Shown here piece by piece: positions 1-9,410 of a stretch of DNA of 64,000 nt. The stretch lies in the NCBI GenBank assembly GCA_040384725.1, contig JAZKIS010000009.1:14075-78074 (forward strand), given 5' to 3'. Below the pieces are notes generated by a model. That model had not been told where the DNA came from. It saw only the letters and a program-made list of their open reading frames with translations, and made no database searches. The translations under genes and the position numbers were made by a program. How positions within the stretch are numbered: the first letter of the stretch is position 1; every line of letters starts with the position of its first letter. The stretch comes from Patescibacteria group bacterium. Lineage in GTDB: Bacteria > Patescibacteriota > Minisyncoccia > Phycocordibacterales > Phycocordibacteraceae.

Positions 1-1
1 T

Positions 2-577
2 CCAAAGGGAACGGTGCCGCGCGAAGCGATCGTGAGCATGACCAAGGCGCTTCTCGCGCTCATCGGGCAAGAGGCGCTGCTCGTAACGAACGAGTTCACG
101 TTTGATAGTGACGCAGCAGAAAAGAAAGGAATGGAGCTCAGCGAGCTTTTGATAGATTCCATTCCTGTGTTCTATGCGTCTGACCGTAACAAGGTGCTCG
201 GAGAGCTCATGAAGGTCTTTTGCAACGAGACGGCGAAGATTCCCGCGTTCGCGAATGTGGTACCTGAGATGAACCATAACGAGATGCAGGGATATGGCTC
301 AGGAGAGCGAGCCAAAGATCTCGCTCGTCCGATCGTCGCGGTCTTCCTTGAAGACGCGACCGATGACGAGCGCGTGCAGCGACGCATGCGCCTTACGAAG
401 CAGCTCCTTGGGATGCAGGGAGTACGCACGGCGTCCGTGACGATTCCGAGCTTGCGAACCGAAGCCATTCTCTATAGCTGGTGGACGATCCATACCCTGT
501 GCGTCAGGCTCGCATCGCGCTACGGCATGGATCCGGATAGCACGCCCCTCATCGATTCGTTCAAGGAGATGCTATGA
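2..577 (+). CDS. Partial (5'-truncated by window edge) SIS-domain sugar isomerase, possibly bifunctional phosphoglucose/phosphomannose isomerase C-terminal region
   Basis: ORF open to the window start. The C-terminal motif ...FCNETAKIPAFANVVPEMNHNEMQG resembles the archaeal-type PGI/PMI C-terminus. It is immediately followed (ATGA overlap) by a sugar kinase. Confidence 0.4.
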   Translation, partial: PKGTVPREAIVSMTKALLALIGQEALLVTNEFTFDSDAAEKKGMELSELLIDSIPVFYASDRNKVLGELMKVFCNETAKIPAFANVVPEMNHNEMQGYGSGERAKDLARPIVAVFLEDATDDERVQRRMRLTKQLLGMQGVRTASVTIPSLRTEAILYSWWTIHTLCVRLASRYGMDPDSTPLIDSFKEML

Positions 578-1338
578 GCCGGCTCGTGTTCGATATCGGT
601 GGCACCAACATGCGCATGGCGATTGCGGAAAGCAGTTCACTGCAGGCAGTCAAAAAGGTAGCAACACCAAAGGATCCTGAGGAAGCGGTAACTATGCTCG
701 CCGAATTTGCAGCGGAGTCGATCGTGCGACCTATCGACTGTGTCGGCGGTATCGCCGGCATCATCCGTAAGGGCGTAGTCGTCGATTCTCCGAACCTTCC
801 TTCATGGAACGGATTTTCGTTCGCCGAAGAGCTCACAAAGGAGACAGGTCTTGCCGCAAGGATCTATAACGATGCGGAGATCGCCGCCTATGGCGAAGCG
901 AAGGCTGGTGCGGGACGCGGATACGAGCGAGTAGCCTATCTGACCATCGGTACGGGTGTCGGTGGTGCATATATTGAGCATGCGACGCTGCCGCCTGAAA
1001 GCCAAGAGTACGAACCGGGAAGACAACTCATAGCTGAGACAGGCAAGACGCTTGAAGATTTCGTAGGCGGTGCGGCTCTCGAGAGAGAGTTCGGTACGGC
1101 ACCCGAGCATCTCCCGCGCTCTCTGTTTACTGAGCGTACGCATACCCTCGCGCTTGGCATCCTGCATATCATTACTCTCTGGTCTCCCGACGTAATCGTG
1201 CTCAACGGTGCGCTCATGAATGAAGAGACCGCATTCAGGCTTGAGGACGTTAAAGAAGCGCTCGATGTGCACACTATTCCGGTAGTGCGCTCAGTACTCG
1301 GTGATGAGAGCGCGCTCCATGGTGCTGCACTTGCCTAG
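574..1338 (+). CDS. ROK/ASKHA-family sugar kinase (glucokinase-like)
   Basis: N-terminal LVFDIGGTNMRMA matches the DIGGT phosphate-1 motif of ROK/glucokinase ATPases. Short at 254 aa. Four-nucleotide ATGA overlap with the upstream isomerase-like ORF. Confidence 0.6.
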   Translation: MSRLVFDIGGTNMRMAIAESSSLQAVKKVATPKDPEEAVTMLAEFAAESIVRPIDCVGGIAGIIRKGVVVDSPNLPSWNGFSFAEELTKETGLAARIYNDAEIAAYGEAKAGAGRGYERVAYLTIGTGVGGAYIEHATLPPESQEYEPGRQLIAETGKTLEDFVGGAALEREFGTAPEHLPRSLFTERTHTLALGILHIITLWSPDVIVLNGALMNEETAFRLEDVKEALDVHTIPVVRSVLGDESALHGAALA

Positions 1339-2081
1339 AATTCGCGCTCTCCATAGGAGACCTCGACGATGAGAGGGAGGTGGTCAGAGAATCGAGCGCC
1401 GTCAGGCACCGATGCCTGCACGAGTGAGAAGTGATGAGAAAGGAATAATACCTGGAGCGCATGCCGCGGCTTCCACGAGGGGTAGCCTGCGACGGATACG
1501 GCGGTAAGCCCCACTCTCTTGAGGAACCTGAATGATCGGTGATCCCGCTCGTTAAAATCTCCGCCGAGCACGAGTGGGCCGTCAATATCTTTTACGTACT
1601 CTGCGATTTCAGCTAACTGAACCTCACGCGGTTTAGAGCCGAGGGCCAAGTGCGCCACAAGTGCGGTCATGGAAGTTCCGTCAGGGAGCATGAGCGTCGT
1701 CTCTCCGAGCGTTCTCGGGTTCATGCGGCTCAGGAGCGGATACGAACGGTCGGCGCTTATGGGAAAGCGCGAGAGAATAACATTCCCTTCATTGATCGAT
1801 GTGCCCATGATGCGTGTGGGGAAGAACCGGGCATGAGGAAGTCCCGAACCTTTGGCCATGCTGTCCATCTGCGAAGCGTTTCTTGACCTGCGGGATCCTG
1901 CATCCACCTCGGTGAGGAGCGCGATATCGGCGTCTTCAGCCTTGAGGAAGGTTCCGGCATCCATGGCGCCCCTGCTGTCGTGAGGGAAGAGGTAGCGCCA
2001 GCCGCTCGTGACGTACTGGCGGTATCCCTTGGTTACCCCGATGCCGGACTGGATATTCGCGACAATAATACGGATGCGCAT
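1335..2081 (-). CDS. Endonuclease/exonuclease/phosphatase (EEP) family protein
   Basis: The TEVD...GGDFN...SDHLPL motifs are typical of the EEP (DNase I-like) fold. Convergent with the kinase gene. Confidence 0.7.
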   Translation of the reverse strand: MRIRIIVANIQSGIGVTKGYRQYVTSGWRYLFPHDSRGAMDAGTFLKAEDADIALLTEVDAGSRRSRNASQMDSMAKGSGLPHARFFPTRIMGTSINEGNVILSRFPISADRSYPLLSRMNPRTLGETTLMLPDGTSMTALVAHLALGSKPREVQLAEIAEYVKDIDGPLVLGGDFNERDHRSFRFLKRVGLTAVSVAGYPSWKPRHALQVLFLSHHFSLVQASVPDGARFSDHLPLIVEVSYGEREF

Positions 2082-2188
2082 AGTACGAGTATCCTACAGG
2101 TAGAGGGGGGAACGGTTCATGAAGAAGGCTGGGATTGAAAACCTCGGAGAAATGCCGTACTCTGCAAAAGTCCGCCTCGTGCGGATTT

Positions 2189-2260
2189 GCCGATGTAGCT
2201 CAGGGGTAGAGCAACTCCATGGTAAGGAGTAGGTCGGCAGTTCAATTCTGCCCATCGGCT
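2189..2260 (+). tRNA. tRNA-Thr (anticodon GGT)
   Basis: Manual cloverleaf. Acceptor GCCGATG/CATCGGC, D-arm GCTC/GAGC, anticodon loop AT-GGT-AA with U33, T-arm GGCAG-TTCAATT-CTGCC, discriminator T. Confidence 0.9.
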
Positions 2261-2266
2261 CAGAGA

Positions 2267-2305
2267 AAGACAGAGACGCGGCTTGCTCCGCGTCTTTGTC
2301 TTTAT
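2267..2305 (+). terminator. Rho-independent terminator-like hairpin after tRNA-Thr
   Basis: Arms aagacagagacgcgg / ccgcgtctttgtctt (one mismatch), loop cttgct, followed by a T-rich tract. Confidence 0.5.
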
Positions 2306-2334
2306 GAAGTCTTCATAGGGGTTTCTGCTATGGT

Positions 2335-2961
2335 GTGCGTATGACCACCTCCATACTCCGCACCATAAAGGAGAACTTCTCCCTATCACGTCTCCTTATA
2401 CTCGGGTTCACGGTCGCGTATACCGTTGCAGCTGGCTTCTACTTCGCCTCGATAGGGAACAGCGAGTTCCTCGGGTATATCGCCGTTATTATCTTCCTTC
2501 TCGTGCTCGGAGGCTGCGTGCTCACGCACCAATGCGTGCCGAGCTGGCTCCTCATGATGCTCTCGCTCGTTGGGCTTTTCCATCTCTTGGGTGCTGCGGT
2601 CCCTGTTAACGGAGACATTCTCTACAACTACGTGCCGTTCCCCGTAGAGAATCCGAGCGGCCTCACGTTCATTAAGTTCGATCAGATCGTACATACCTAC
2701 GGCACGATGGTCTCCGCGCTTCTGATGTATTACTTCCTCAGGCGAGATACCTCATTCCATTGGCTCGGCATCATGGTGTTCTCTATCCTCGGCGCGTCGG
2801 GCATAGGTGCCCTGAACGAAATCATCGAGTTCGTTGCAAAGATGACCGTACCGAATACGGATGTGGGCGGATACTACAACACCGCGGTCGATCTTTGCGT
2901 GAACCTGTTCGGAGCTATCCTCGGGACGCTCGCAGGATTCATGTTTTGGAAACGAGCCTGA
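2335..2961 (+). CDS. Hypothetical integral membrane protein (multi-TM)
   Basis: 208 aa with several hydrophobic helices. No recognisable catalytic motif. Confidence 0.5.
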   Translation: MRMTTSILRTIKENFSLSRLLILGFTVAYTVAAGFYFASIGNSEFLGYIAVIIFLLVLGGCVLTHQCVPSWLLMMLSLVGLFHLLGAAVPVNGDILYNYVPFPVENPSGLTFIKFDQIVHTYGTMVSALLMYYFLRRDTSFHWLGIMVFSILGASGIGALNEIIEFVAKMTVPNTDVGGYYNTAVDLCVNLFGAILGTLAGFMFWKRA

Positions 2962-3001
2962 GCTTGATAGGGAGACGCTTTCCGGCTATTGTAGCGGAAC
3001 C

Positions 3002-3074
3002 GCCACCGTAGCTCAGTTGGTAGAGCATTTCACTCGTAACGAAAAGGTCGCCAGTTCAATCCTGGCCGGTGGCT
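3002..3074 (+). tRNA. tRNA-Thr (anticodon CGT)
   Basis: Manual cloverleaf. Acceptor GCCACCG/CGGTGGC, D-arm GCTC-AGTTGGTA-GAGC, anticodon loop CT-CGT-AA, T-arm GCCAG-TTCAATC-CTGGC, discriminator T. There is an A31:C39 mismatch. Confidence 0.85.
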
Positions 3075-3088
3075 CAGATAAATGGAAC

Positions 3089-3125
3089 GTCCGCGAAGCA
3101 TACTAGCTTCGCGGACGGTTTCGTT
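3089..3125. terminator. Bidirectional terminator hairpin between tRNA-Thr(CGT) and a minus-strand ORF
   Basis: gtccgcgaagc-atacta-gcttcgcggac perfect 11-bp stem followed by ggtttcgtt. Confidence 0.5.
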
Positions 3126-3562
3126 CAGGCAAGTGCTGCCCAGTTGTCTCGAAACGGCTCGTGTTTCGAATTCTGAAGTGGCGGATGCGAGATCTTGAGT
3201 ACAGGAGCCGAGCCATTTTCGGCACGAGCGCTCTGACCCTGTTCCCGCAAAAGCGTCTTCCAGTCTCGAGGCGGGATGATGTAGTAGATCGCGCACTCTC
3301 CCGGCGGGGCGACGATGAGGATGATCGCCTTGATGGCCGAGTCAGAGATGTATCCGGGGTCTCCGGCGATAAACCGTACATAGCCGAATGCATTCCCCGG
3401 AGGCTTGGCGACATGTGTGGCTATTCGAGCCACGCACCGCTTCCCGTTTACGCGAACATGAATCATGTTCCGGATCGCCCGTTCGCCTGGAATCGGCGTA
3501 ACTTCGAATCCCGCAGCCTGCGCGCCCTGCGAGAGAGGAGCAAGAATATCTTGTAGTGCCAT
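3125..3562 (-). CDS. Hypothetical protein (145 aa)
   Basis: ORF with host-like GC wedged between tRNA-Thr and prfB. No family recognised. Confidence 0.4.
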   Translation of the reverse strand: MALQDILAPLSQGAQAAGFEVTPIPGERAIRNMIHVRVNGKRCVARIATHVAKPPGNAFGYVRFIAGDPGYISDSAIKAIILIVAPPGECAIYYIIPPRDWKTLLREQGQSARAENGSAPVLKISHPPLQNSKHEPFRDNWAALA

Positions 3563-3658
3563 AATGGCCTCCTGAATTGAATGAGAGAACTAGTTCCTCC
3601 ACACCCTACAACATAAGGAGCATAAGGCAAATCTTTTCGTATCGTTTACACTCTTCCT

Positions 3659-4525
3659 ATGAATGAGGAGCGCATACAGGAACTCGAGGCTCTCATGGCC
3701 TCTCCTGAGTTCTGGAAGGACCCTGCGGAAGCGCAGAGAAGGATCGCGGAGTATCAGAGCCTTAAGGACGGCGGAACGGGAGACGGGCATGACACGGGCC
3801 CTGCAACGCTCGCAATCCTTGCGGGAGCCGGCGGAGACGATGCCGAGGATTTCGTGCGTATGCTGAGGCGCATGTACGAGGGGTATGCCGGGAAGAGGGG
3901 ATGGAATGTCTGGGAGCTCCATGCGAACGAGAACGATCAGGGAGGATACCGGAACGTGCTGCTTGATATACAGGGGAAAGGAGCCTATGGACGCCTTAAG
4001 AACGAGGCGGGCGTGCACCGCCTGGTGCGTATCTCGCCCTTCAATTCGAACGCTAAGCGCCAGACCTCGTTCGCGCTCGTTGAGGTGCTGCCGAAGCTCG
4101 CGGGGAACGAGGAGATCGTGCTTTCTCCGGACGATCTCGATATCCAGTTCGCGCGCTCAGGAGGCGCAGGCGGACAGAACGTGAACAAGCGGGAGACGGC
4201 AGTGCGTATCGTGCATACTCCTTCGGGGGTATCCGCGCACGTCTCGAGCGAGCGAAGCCAGCTCGCGAACCGCGAGAAGGCCATGGAGCTCGTAAAAGCG
4301 AAGCTATTCCGCATACAGGAGGATGCGCGGCTCGCTGAGGCAAAAGGCCGCTCTATTGCGACTACAACCGCTAACGAATGGGGCAGCCAGATGCGTTCCT
4401 ACGTGCTCCATCCCTATAAATTAGTGAAAGATCACGTAACGGGGGCAGAATCACATGATCCAGACAGTGTCCTCGAAGGAGACCTGGATAGCTTCATAGA
4501 CGCTACCGCTTCGCCTGAGGTATAA
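3659..4525 (+). CDS. prfB: Peptide chain release factor 2 (RF2-type), short form without programmed frameshift
   Basis: GGQ motif (SGGAGGQNVNK) and the SPF tripeptide (ISPFNSN) are present. RHTSF is replaced by RQTSF. Length is 288 aa, with domain 1 reduced to about 40 residues. No CTT TGA C frameshift site lies upstream. Confidence 0.85.
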   Translation: MNEERIQELEALMASPEFWKDPAEAQRRIAEYQSLKDGGTGDGHDTGPATLAILAGAGGDDAEDFVRMLRRMYEGYAGKRGWNVWELHANENDQGGYRNVLLDIQGKGAYGRLKNEAGVHRLVRISPFNSNAKRQTSFALVEVLPKLAGNEEIVLSPDDLDIQFARSGGAGGQNVNKRETAVRIVHTPSGVSAHVSSERSQLANREKAMELVKAKLFRIQEDARLAEAKGRSIATTTANEWGSQMRSYVLHPYKLVKDHVTGAESHDPDSVLEGDLDSFIDATASPEV

Positions 4526-4538
4526 TGGGCTTCGTTAT

Positions 4539-5219
4539 ATGATCTATTTCGACAAGGTAACGAAGATCCATCGCGACGGCACTCCCGGCCTCGAGGATGT
4601 AACCATCGCTATCGCGCCGAAAGAGTTCGTCTCCATCGTCGGACACTCAGGTGCCGGCAAGACCACGCTCTTGAAGATGCTTCTCGTAGAGGACCGTCCT
4701 ACCGAAGGAACGGTCTTCTTTGAGTCCACCGACGTGCATGCGCTTCCGAAGAGCCAGCTCCATCACTACCGAAGGAAGATCGGCATGGTGTTTCAGGACT
4801 TCCGTCTCATCCCGAACAAGACTGCCTACGAGAATATCGCGTTCGCTATGGAAGCGGCGGGACGCGCGCAGGACGAGATCGAGTCTGACGTGCCGCATAT
4901 CCTCGACCTCGTCGATCTCGGGAGCAAGGCGCACCATTTCCCGAGCCAGCTCTCCGGCGGCGAGCAGCAGCGCGTCGCGATCGGCCGCGCCATCATCAAC
5001 CAGCCGGACGTTATCGTTGCGGACGAGCCGACCGGAAACCTTGATCCGGTGAATACCTACGAGATCATGGACATCCTGAAGAAGATCAATGAGCTCGGCA
5101 CGACGGTGCTCATCACGACGCATAACAAGGGCGTGGTGGATGCGATGAGTCGCCGCGTTATCACGATGGATCGCGGACGCGTTATTCGTGACGACATGCA
5201 GGGCCAGTACATTCTCTAA
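4539..5219 (+). CDS. ftsE: Cell division ATP-binding protein FtsE
   Basis: Walker [13 protein letters not shown] signature LSGGEQQRV, Walker [13 protein letters not shown]. Position upstream of ftsX. Confidence 0.9.
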   Translation: MIYFDKVTKIHRDGTPGLEDVTIAIAPKEFVSIVGHSGAGKTTLLKMLLVEDRPTEGTVFFESTDVHALPKSQLHHYRRKIGMVFQDFRLIPNKTAYENIAFAMEAAGRAQDEIESDVPHILDLVDLGSKAHHFPSQLSGGEQQRVAIGRAIINQPDVIVADEPTGNLDPVNTYEIMDILKKINELGTTVLITTHNKGVVDAMSRRVITMDRGRVIRDDMQGQYIL

Positions 5220-5233
5220 TCAATTTTCTTACT

Positions 5234-6157
5234 ATGTGGACGACGATCAAACGAGTGGTTACGGGAGGAGCGAAGAATTTCTTCCGTAGCGGTGCGGTCT
5301 CGTTCGCGACCGTCCTCATCATGACCGTGACGCTCGTGATCGTCGGGTCACTCATATTCCTCTCTGCGATCCTCTCGAACACCCTCGCGTCGCTCCAGGA
5401 CAAGGTGGACGTGAACGTGTACTTCGTTACCGACGCCGATGAGCGCGATATCATCGCGATCCAGGACCGCCTTGAGACTCTTCCTGAGGTATCGAGCGTG
5501 GCCTACACCTCACGCGAGGAACGCCTTGAGGAGTTCCGTACGCGCTACGAGAACGACCAGCTCACGCTCCAGGCGCTCGATGAGCTCGGGAACAACCCGC
5601 TCGGTGCCGCTCTTTCCATAAAGGCGAAGGATCCGTCCCAGTACGCAGGTATCGTCGAGTTCCTTTCGGACGATCCAAGCATCTCTCCCGAGGGCGGCCC
5701 CATCATCGACAGCATCAACTACTTCCAGAATAAGGCGGTTATCGATCGCCTGACGTCAGCCATCAACGCCACCGAGAAGGCAGGGCTCGCGATCGTTATA
5801 TTGTTCGCAGTCGCGTCGACCATCATCGCGCTCGCAACGGTGCGTCTCGCTATCTACACCGCACGTGACGAGATCGCGGTAATGCGTCTCGTGGGAGCCA
5901 ATAACGCGTACATCCGCGGCCCGTTCATCGTCGCCGGTATCATCTCAGGACTTGTCGCGGCAGTTATCGCGCTCGTGCTCTTCTATCCGGCTACCTGGTA
6001 TGCAGGGAATGCGCTTCAGAACTGGCTTGGAGGGTTCAATCTCTTCAGCTACTATCTTTCGAACTTCGCCATGATATTCGGCATCCTTGCCGGAACCGGC
6101 GTTCTCGTGGGCGCGCTCGCGTCGTGGTTAGCAGTACGTCGCTATCTCAGGGTCTAG
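5234..6157 (+). CDS. ftsX: Cell division permease-like protein FtsX
   Basis: Four-TM architecture with a large extracytoplasmic loop. Lies downstream of ftsE. Confidence 0.85.
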   Translation: MWTTIKRVVTGGAKNFFRSGAVSFATVLIMTVTLVIVGSLIFLSAILSNTLASLQDKVDVNVYFVTDADERDIIAIQDRLETLPEVSSVAYTSREERLEEFRTRYENDQLTLQALDELGNNPLGAALSIKAKDPSQYAGIVEFLSDDPSISPEGGPIIDSINYFQNKAVIDRLTSAINATEKAGLAIVILFAVASTIIALATVRLAIYTARDEIAVMRLVGANNAYIRGPFIVAGIISGLVAAVIALVLFYPATWYAGNALQNWLGGFNLFSYYLSNFAMIFGILAGTGVLVGALASWLAVRRYLRV

Positions 6158-6163
6158 GGCGGT

Positions 6164-7813
6164 ATGGCACTTGACGGACACAAATACATATTCGTCCTCG
6201 GCGGGGTTATGTCGGGCGTCGGGAAGGGTATCGCCTCGTCCTCGATGGGCCTTATCCTCCAGCAGCGCGGGTACGGCGTGAATCTCGTGAAGGTCGATCC
6301 GTACCTGAATGTGGACGCAGGTACCATGAACCCGACTGAGCACGGGGAGGTCTTCGTGCTGAACTCGGGCCTTGAGACCGACCAGGATATGGGCAACTAC
6401 GAGCGCTTCCTCAATCGCGATCTCGGTCCGGAAGACTATATGACAAGCGGGATGGTATATCAGTCGGTTATCAACCGCGAGCGTGCGCTTGAGTACGGCG
6501 GGAAGTGCGTCGAAGCGGTACCGCACGTGCGCGACGAGATTCTAACGCGCATCGAAGCCGCTGCGGCGCATAACGGCAGCAAGATTTCCGTTATCGAGAT
6601 CGGGGGTACCATCGGCGATTTCCAGAACGCACTCTTCATCGATGCGGCACGCGTCATGAAGATAAAGCATCCTGACGATGTCATCTTCGTCATGGTCTCG
6701 TACCTGCCGGTTCCAGGGACCCTGGGCGAGATGAAGACGAGGCCCACTCAGCATGCGATCCGCGAGCTCTCCTCGTACGGGATCCAGGCTGATTTCATAA
6801 TCGCGCGCTCGCAGCAGATCATGGATGAGAAGCGCAAGGAGAAGCTCGCTATCTCCTGCAACGTGCGACCGGAGCATATCATCTCGGCGCCTGACCTTGA
6901 GAGCATCTATGACGTGCCGCTGAACCTCGAGAAGGATTCGATCAGCGACGCGCTCCTCGACGCGCTCAAGCTTCCGAAAGATACCCCGGGAGATCTTTCT
7001 GAATGGGAAGAGTTCGTAAGCCGGATCAAGAACTCGACGAAGGTCGTCAGGATCGGCATCGTAGGGAAGTACTTCGATACCGGCGATTTCGTACTTTCTG
7101 ACGCCTACCTCTCCGTTATCGAGGCCCTCAAGTTCTCAGCGGCCGAGGTCGGCGTGAAGGCAGAGATCGAATGGCTGAACGCGAAGCACTTCGAGAACGG
7201 AGGCGATGCGAGCGTGCTTGAGAAGTACGACGGCATTCTCGTTCCTGGAGGTTTCGGCCAGACGGGTATCGAGGGAAAGATCGAAGCGATCAAGTTCGCT
7301 AGAGTGAACAAGATCCCTTATTTCGGGCTCTGCTACGGCATGCAGCTTATGGTTGTGGAATACGCACGGAACGTCCTTGGCCTTAAGGGCGCGAATACCG
7401 CGGAGATCGACCCGAACGCGGAGCATCTCGTCGTCGACGTCATGCTCGAACAGAAGGCGCTTATCGCGGCGGGGAAGTACGGAGGCTCTATGCGCCTCGG
7501 TACGTATGAGGAGATCCTCAAGGAAGGGACTATCGCACGCGAGGCGTATGGGGCAGAGAGGGTTGAGGAACGGCATCGGCATCGCTATGAGATCAATCCG
7601 GCGTATGTAGAAAGGATTGAAGCAGCAGGACTCGTGTTCTCCGGAAAGTCCCCGGACGGCGTCCTCATGGAAGTCGCGGAGCTTCCAAAGAAAAACCATC
7701 CTTTCTTCCTCGGTACCCAGGCGCATCCTGAACTGAAGGCGCGTCCGCTCTCTCCGCACCCGCTCTTCACCGCGTTCCTTAAGGCTGCGAGCATACAGAG
7801 CGACACGCGGTAG
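6164..7813 (+). CDS. pyrG: CTP synthase
   Basis: N-terminal KYIFVLGGVMSGVGKG synthetase motif and a C-terminal glutamine amidotransferase domain (GLCYGMQ, HRHRYE). 549 aa. Confidence 0.95.
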   Translation: MALDGHKYIFVLGGVMSGVGKGIASSSMGLILQQRGYGVNLVKVDPYLNVDAGTMNPTEHGEVFVLNSGLETDQDMGNYERFLNRDLGPEDYMTSGMVYQSVINRERALEYGGKCVEAVPHVRDEILTRIEAAAAHNGSKISVIEIGGTIGDFQNALFIDAARVMKIKHPDDVIFVMVSYLPVPGTLGEMKTRPTQHAIRELSSYGIQADFIIARSQQIMDEKRKEKLAISCNVRPEHIISAPDLESIYDVPLNLEKDSISDALLDALKLPKDTPGDLSEWEEFVSRIKNSTKVVRIGIVGKYFDTGDFVLSDAYLSVIEALKFSAAEVGVKAEIEWLNAKHFENGGDASVLEKYDGILVPGGFGQTGIEGKIEAIKFARVNKIPYFGLCYGMQLMVVEYARNVLGLKGANTAEIDPNAEHLVVDVMLEQKALIAAGKYGGSMRLGTYEEILKEGTIAREAYGAERVEERHRHRYEINPAYVERIEAAGLVFSGKSPDGVLMEVAELPKKNHPFFLGTQAHPELKARPLSPHPLFTAFLKAASIQSDTR

Positions 7814-7815
7814 AG

Positions 7816-7843
7816 TTGTATTTGGTACGTATAGTGTTATAAT
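7816..7843 (+). promoter_or_regulatory. Sigma70-like promoter (TTGTAT-16-TGtTATAAT) upstream of the XRE regulator gene
   Basis: AT-rich island in a GC-rich genome. Extended -10 TGnTATAAT at 7835..7843. Confidence 0.35.
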
Positions 7844-7897
7844 ATATTCAGACGTGCAATTCCTGCGCGACTCTAGTAACGCATAAAGGGGCTATCC

Positions 7898-8278
7898 ATG
7901 CCGACTGATATCGACTCCCACCTCGGCAAACGACTTCGCCGCCTACGCCGTCTTCTCGGCCTCACGCAGCAGCAGCTCGGCACGAAGGTGGGCATTCGCT
8001 TCCAGCAGATTCAGAAATACGAATGCGGCGCGAACCGCATCTCGGCCGCGCGCCTGTGGCAGCTTGCCGAGGCGCTCGAGTCGTCGGTGACCTACTTCTA
8101 CGACGGCCTGAGAGAGGCTCTCGAGGGGAGGGAGGTTGAGGGAGATGGTGAGGAGCACTCCCGCAGGGAGACCCTCGACATGATCGAGGCATACTACCAG
8201 CTCGATGAGGTGCCGCGACGGCGTCTGGTCGAGCTTGCCAGGGCTATGCGTACGGAGCATGGTAAGAAAGCGGCGTAA
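7898..8278 (+). CDS. XRE-family helix-turn-helix transcriptional regulator
   Basis: LRRLRRLLGLTQQQLGTKVGIRFQQIQKYECGANRISAARLWQLAEAL matches the Cro/C1 HTH pattern. Confidence 0.7.
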   Translation: MPTDIDSHLGKRLRRLRRLLGLTQQQLGTKVGIRFQQIQKYECGANRISAARLWQLAEALESSVTYFYDGLREALEGREVEGDGEEHSRRETLDMIEAYYQLDEVPRRRLVELARAMRTEHGKKAA

Positions 8279-8290
8279 GCCGAACACAAG

Positions 8291-8321
8291 AAAGGGCCGA
8301 CGAGCAATCGTCGGCCCTTTG
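8291..8321. terminator. Bidirectional terminator between convergent XRE gene and metK
   Basis: agggccgacg-agcaat-cgtcggccct stem-loop with flanking A/T runs. Confidence 0.5.
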
Positions 8322-8335
8322 ATCATGTATGCCTA

Positions 8336-9394
8336 TTACAGGCTCACGACCTCTTCCCAGGACCTGCCGGCAACGCCGAAGTGCCCGTAGGCAGCGGTCT
8401 CCTGGAAGATGGGGCGCGTGAGGCCGAGACGCTCGCGAATGGCGAGCGGCCGGAAGTCGAAGTTTTTCTGTACGAGCTCTGACAGGTCCTTCCCGTCCTC
8501 GCTGAACGCCTCGACCATGACCGGCTCTACGCGCCCGATGGCATAGGCGACCGAGACGAGCGCTTTCTTTGCGTGTCCGTTCGCGACAAGATTCTTCGCT
8601 ACGAAGCGGCACATGTAGGCGGCAGAGCGATCTACCTTCGTTGCGTCCTTTCCGGAGAACGCGCCGCCGCCGTGCGGCACGAGGCCGCCATACGTGTCTA
8701 CCATGATCTTGCGGCCCGTGAGGCCGGCATCAGCCTCGAAGCCGCCCTGCACGAAGCGCCCGGTCGGATTAACCAGGAGATCAATGCCGTCGAGGTTCCC
8801 GAGCACTGGCAGGAAGAGATGCTCGGTTAGGTCGAGACGTATGGTCTCGAGATCGGCTTCTTCCGCGTGTTGGGTAGAAGTTAGTGCAGTGAGCACGTTC
8901 CCGTTCTTGAGGGTTACCTGGGTCTTCCCGTCCGGGCGCAGGTAGGGGAGCGTACCGTCGCGTCGGAGCGCCTCGAGTCTGCGAGCGAGCGCGTGTGCGA
9001 GCACCACGCCTTTCGGGAGGTATTCCTCGGTCTCGTCCGTCGCGTACCCGTACATGATGCCTTGGTCTCCTGCACCACCGGTATCGACGCCCATAGCGAT
9101 GTCTCCTGACTGTGTAACGACACGCTCGAATACCTCGAGCGGTTCGGTATAGCCGATATCAGCGTATACCTTCCGTGCGATCGCTTCGTAATCGACGTTG
9201 GTCTTGGTTGTAACCTCGCCGCCGATCATGAGCGTGCCGTGGCTGCCGAAGGTCTCTACCGCAACCCGGGAGTTCGGGTCTCCCGCAAGGCAGGCGTCGA
9301 GTATGGCGTCAGAGATCTGGTCGCATACCTTATCCGGATGTCCTGCGGTTACGCTCTCGGTCGTGTAATGGGAAAGAAGATGCAGCATGTACAA
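8336..9394 (-). CDS. metK: S-adenosylmethionine synthetase
   Basis: TTESVTAGHPDKVCDQISDAILDA at the N-terminus, GGGAFSGKD and other MetK signatures. Preceded on the same strand by a SAM-I riboswitch. Confidence 0.95.
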   Translation of the reverse strand: MYMLHLLSHYTTESVTAGHPDKVCDQISDAILDACLAGDPNSRVAVETFGSHGTLMIGGEVTTKTNVDYEAIARKVYADIGYTEPLEVFERVVTQSGDIAMGVDTGGAGDQGIMYGYATDETEEYLPKGVVLAHALARRLEALRRDGTLPYLRPDGKTQVTLKNGNVLTALTSTQHAEEADLETIRLDLTEHLFLPVLGNLDGIDLLVNPTGRFVQGGFEADAGLTGRKIMVDTYGGLVPHGGGAFSGKDATKVDRSAAYMCRFVAKNLVANGHAKKALVSVAYAIGRVEPVMVEAFSEDGKDLSELVQKNFDFRPLAIRERLGLTRPIFQETAAYGHFGVAGRSWEEVVSL

Positions 9395-9410
9395 ATAGTT
9401 ATGGATGAGA

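Noticed and set aside
3563-3658. Search for the prfB programmed frameshift site (CUU UGA C with upstream SD-like element).
   Set aside because: No such site or short upstream ORF is present. The gene appears to be a single uninterrupted frame.
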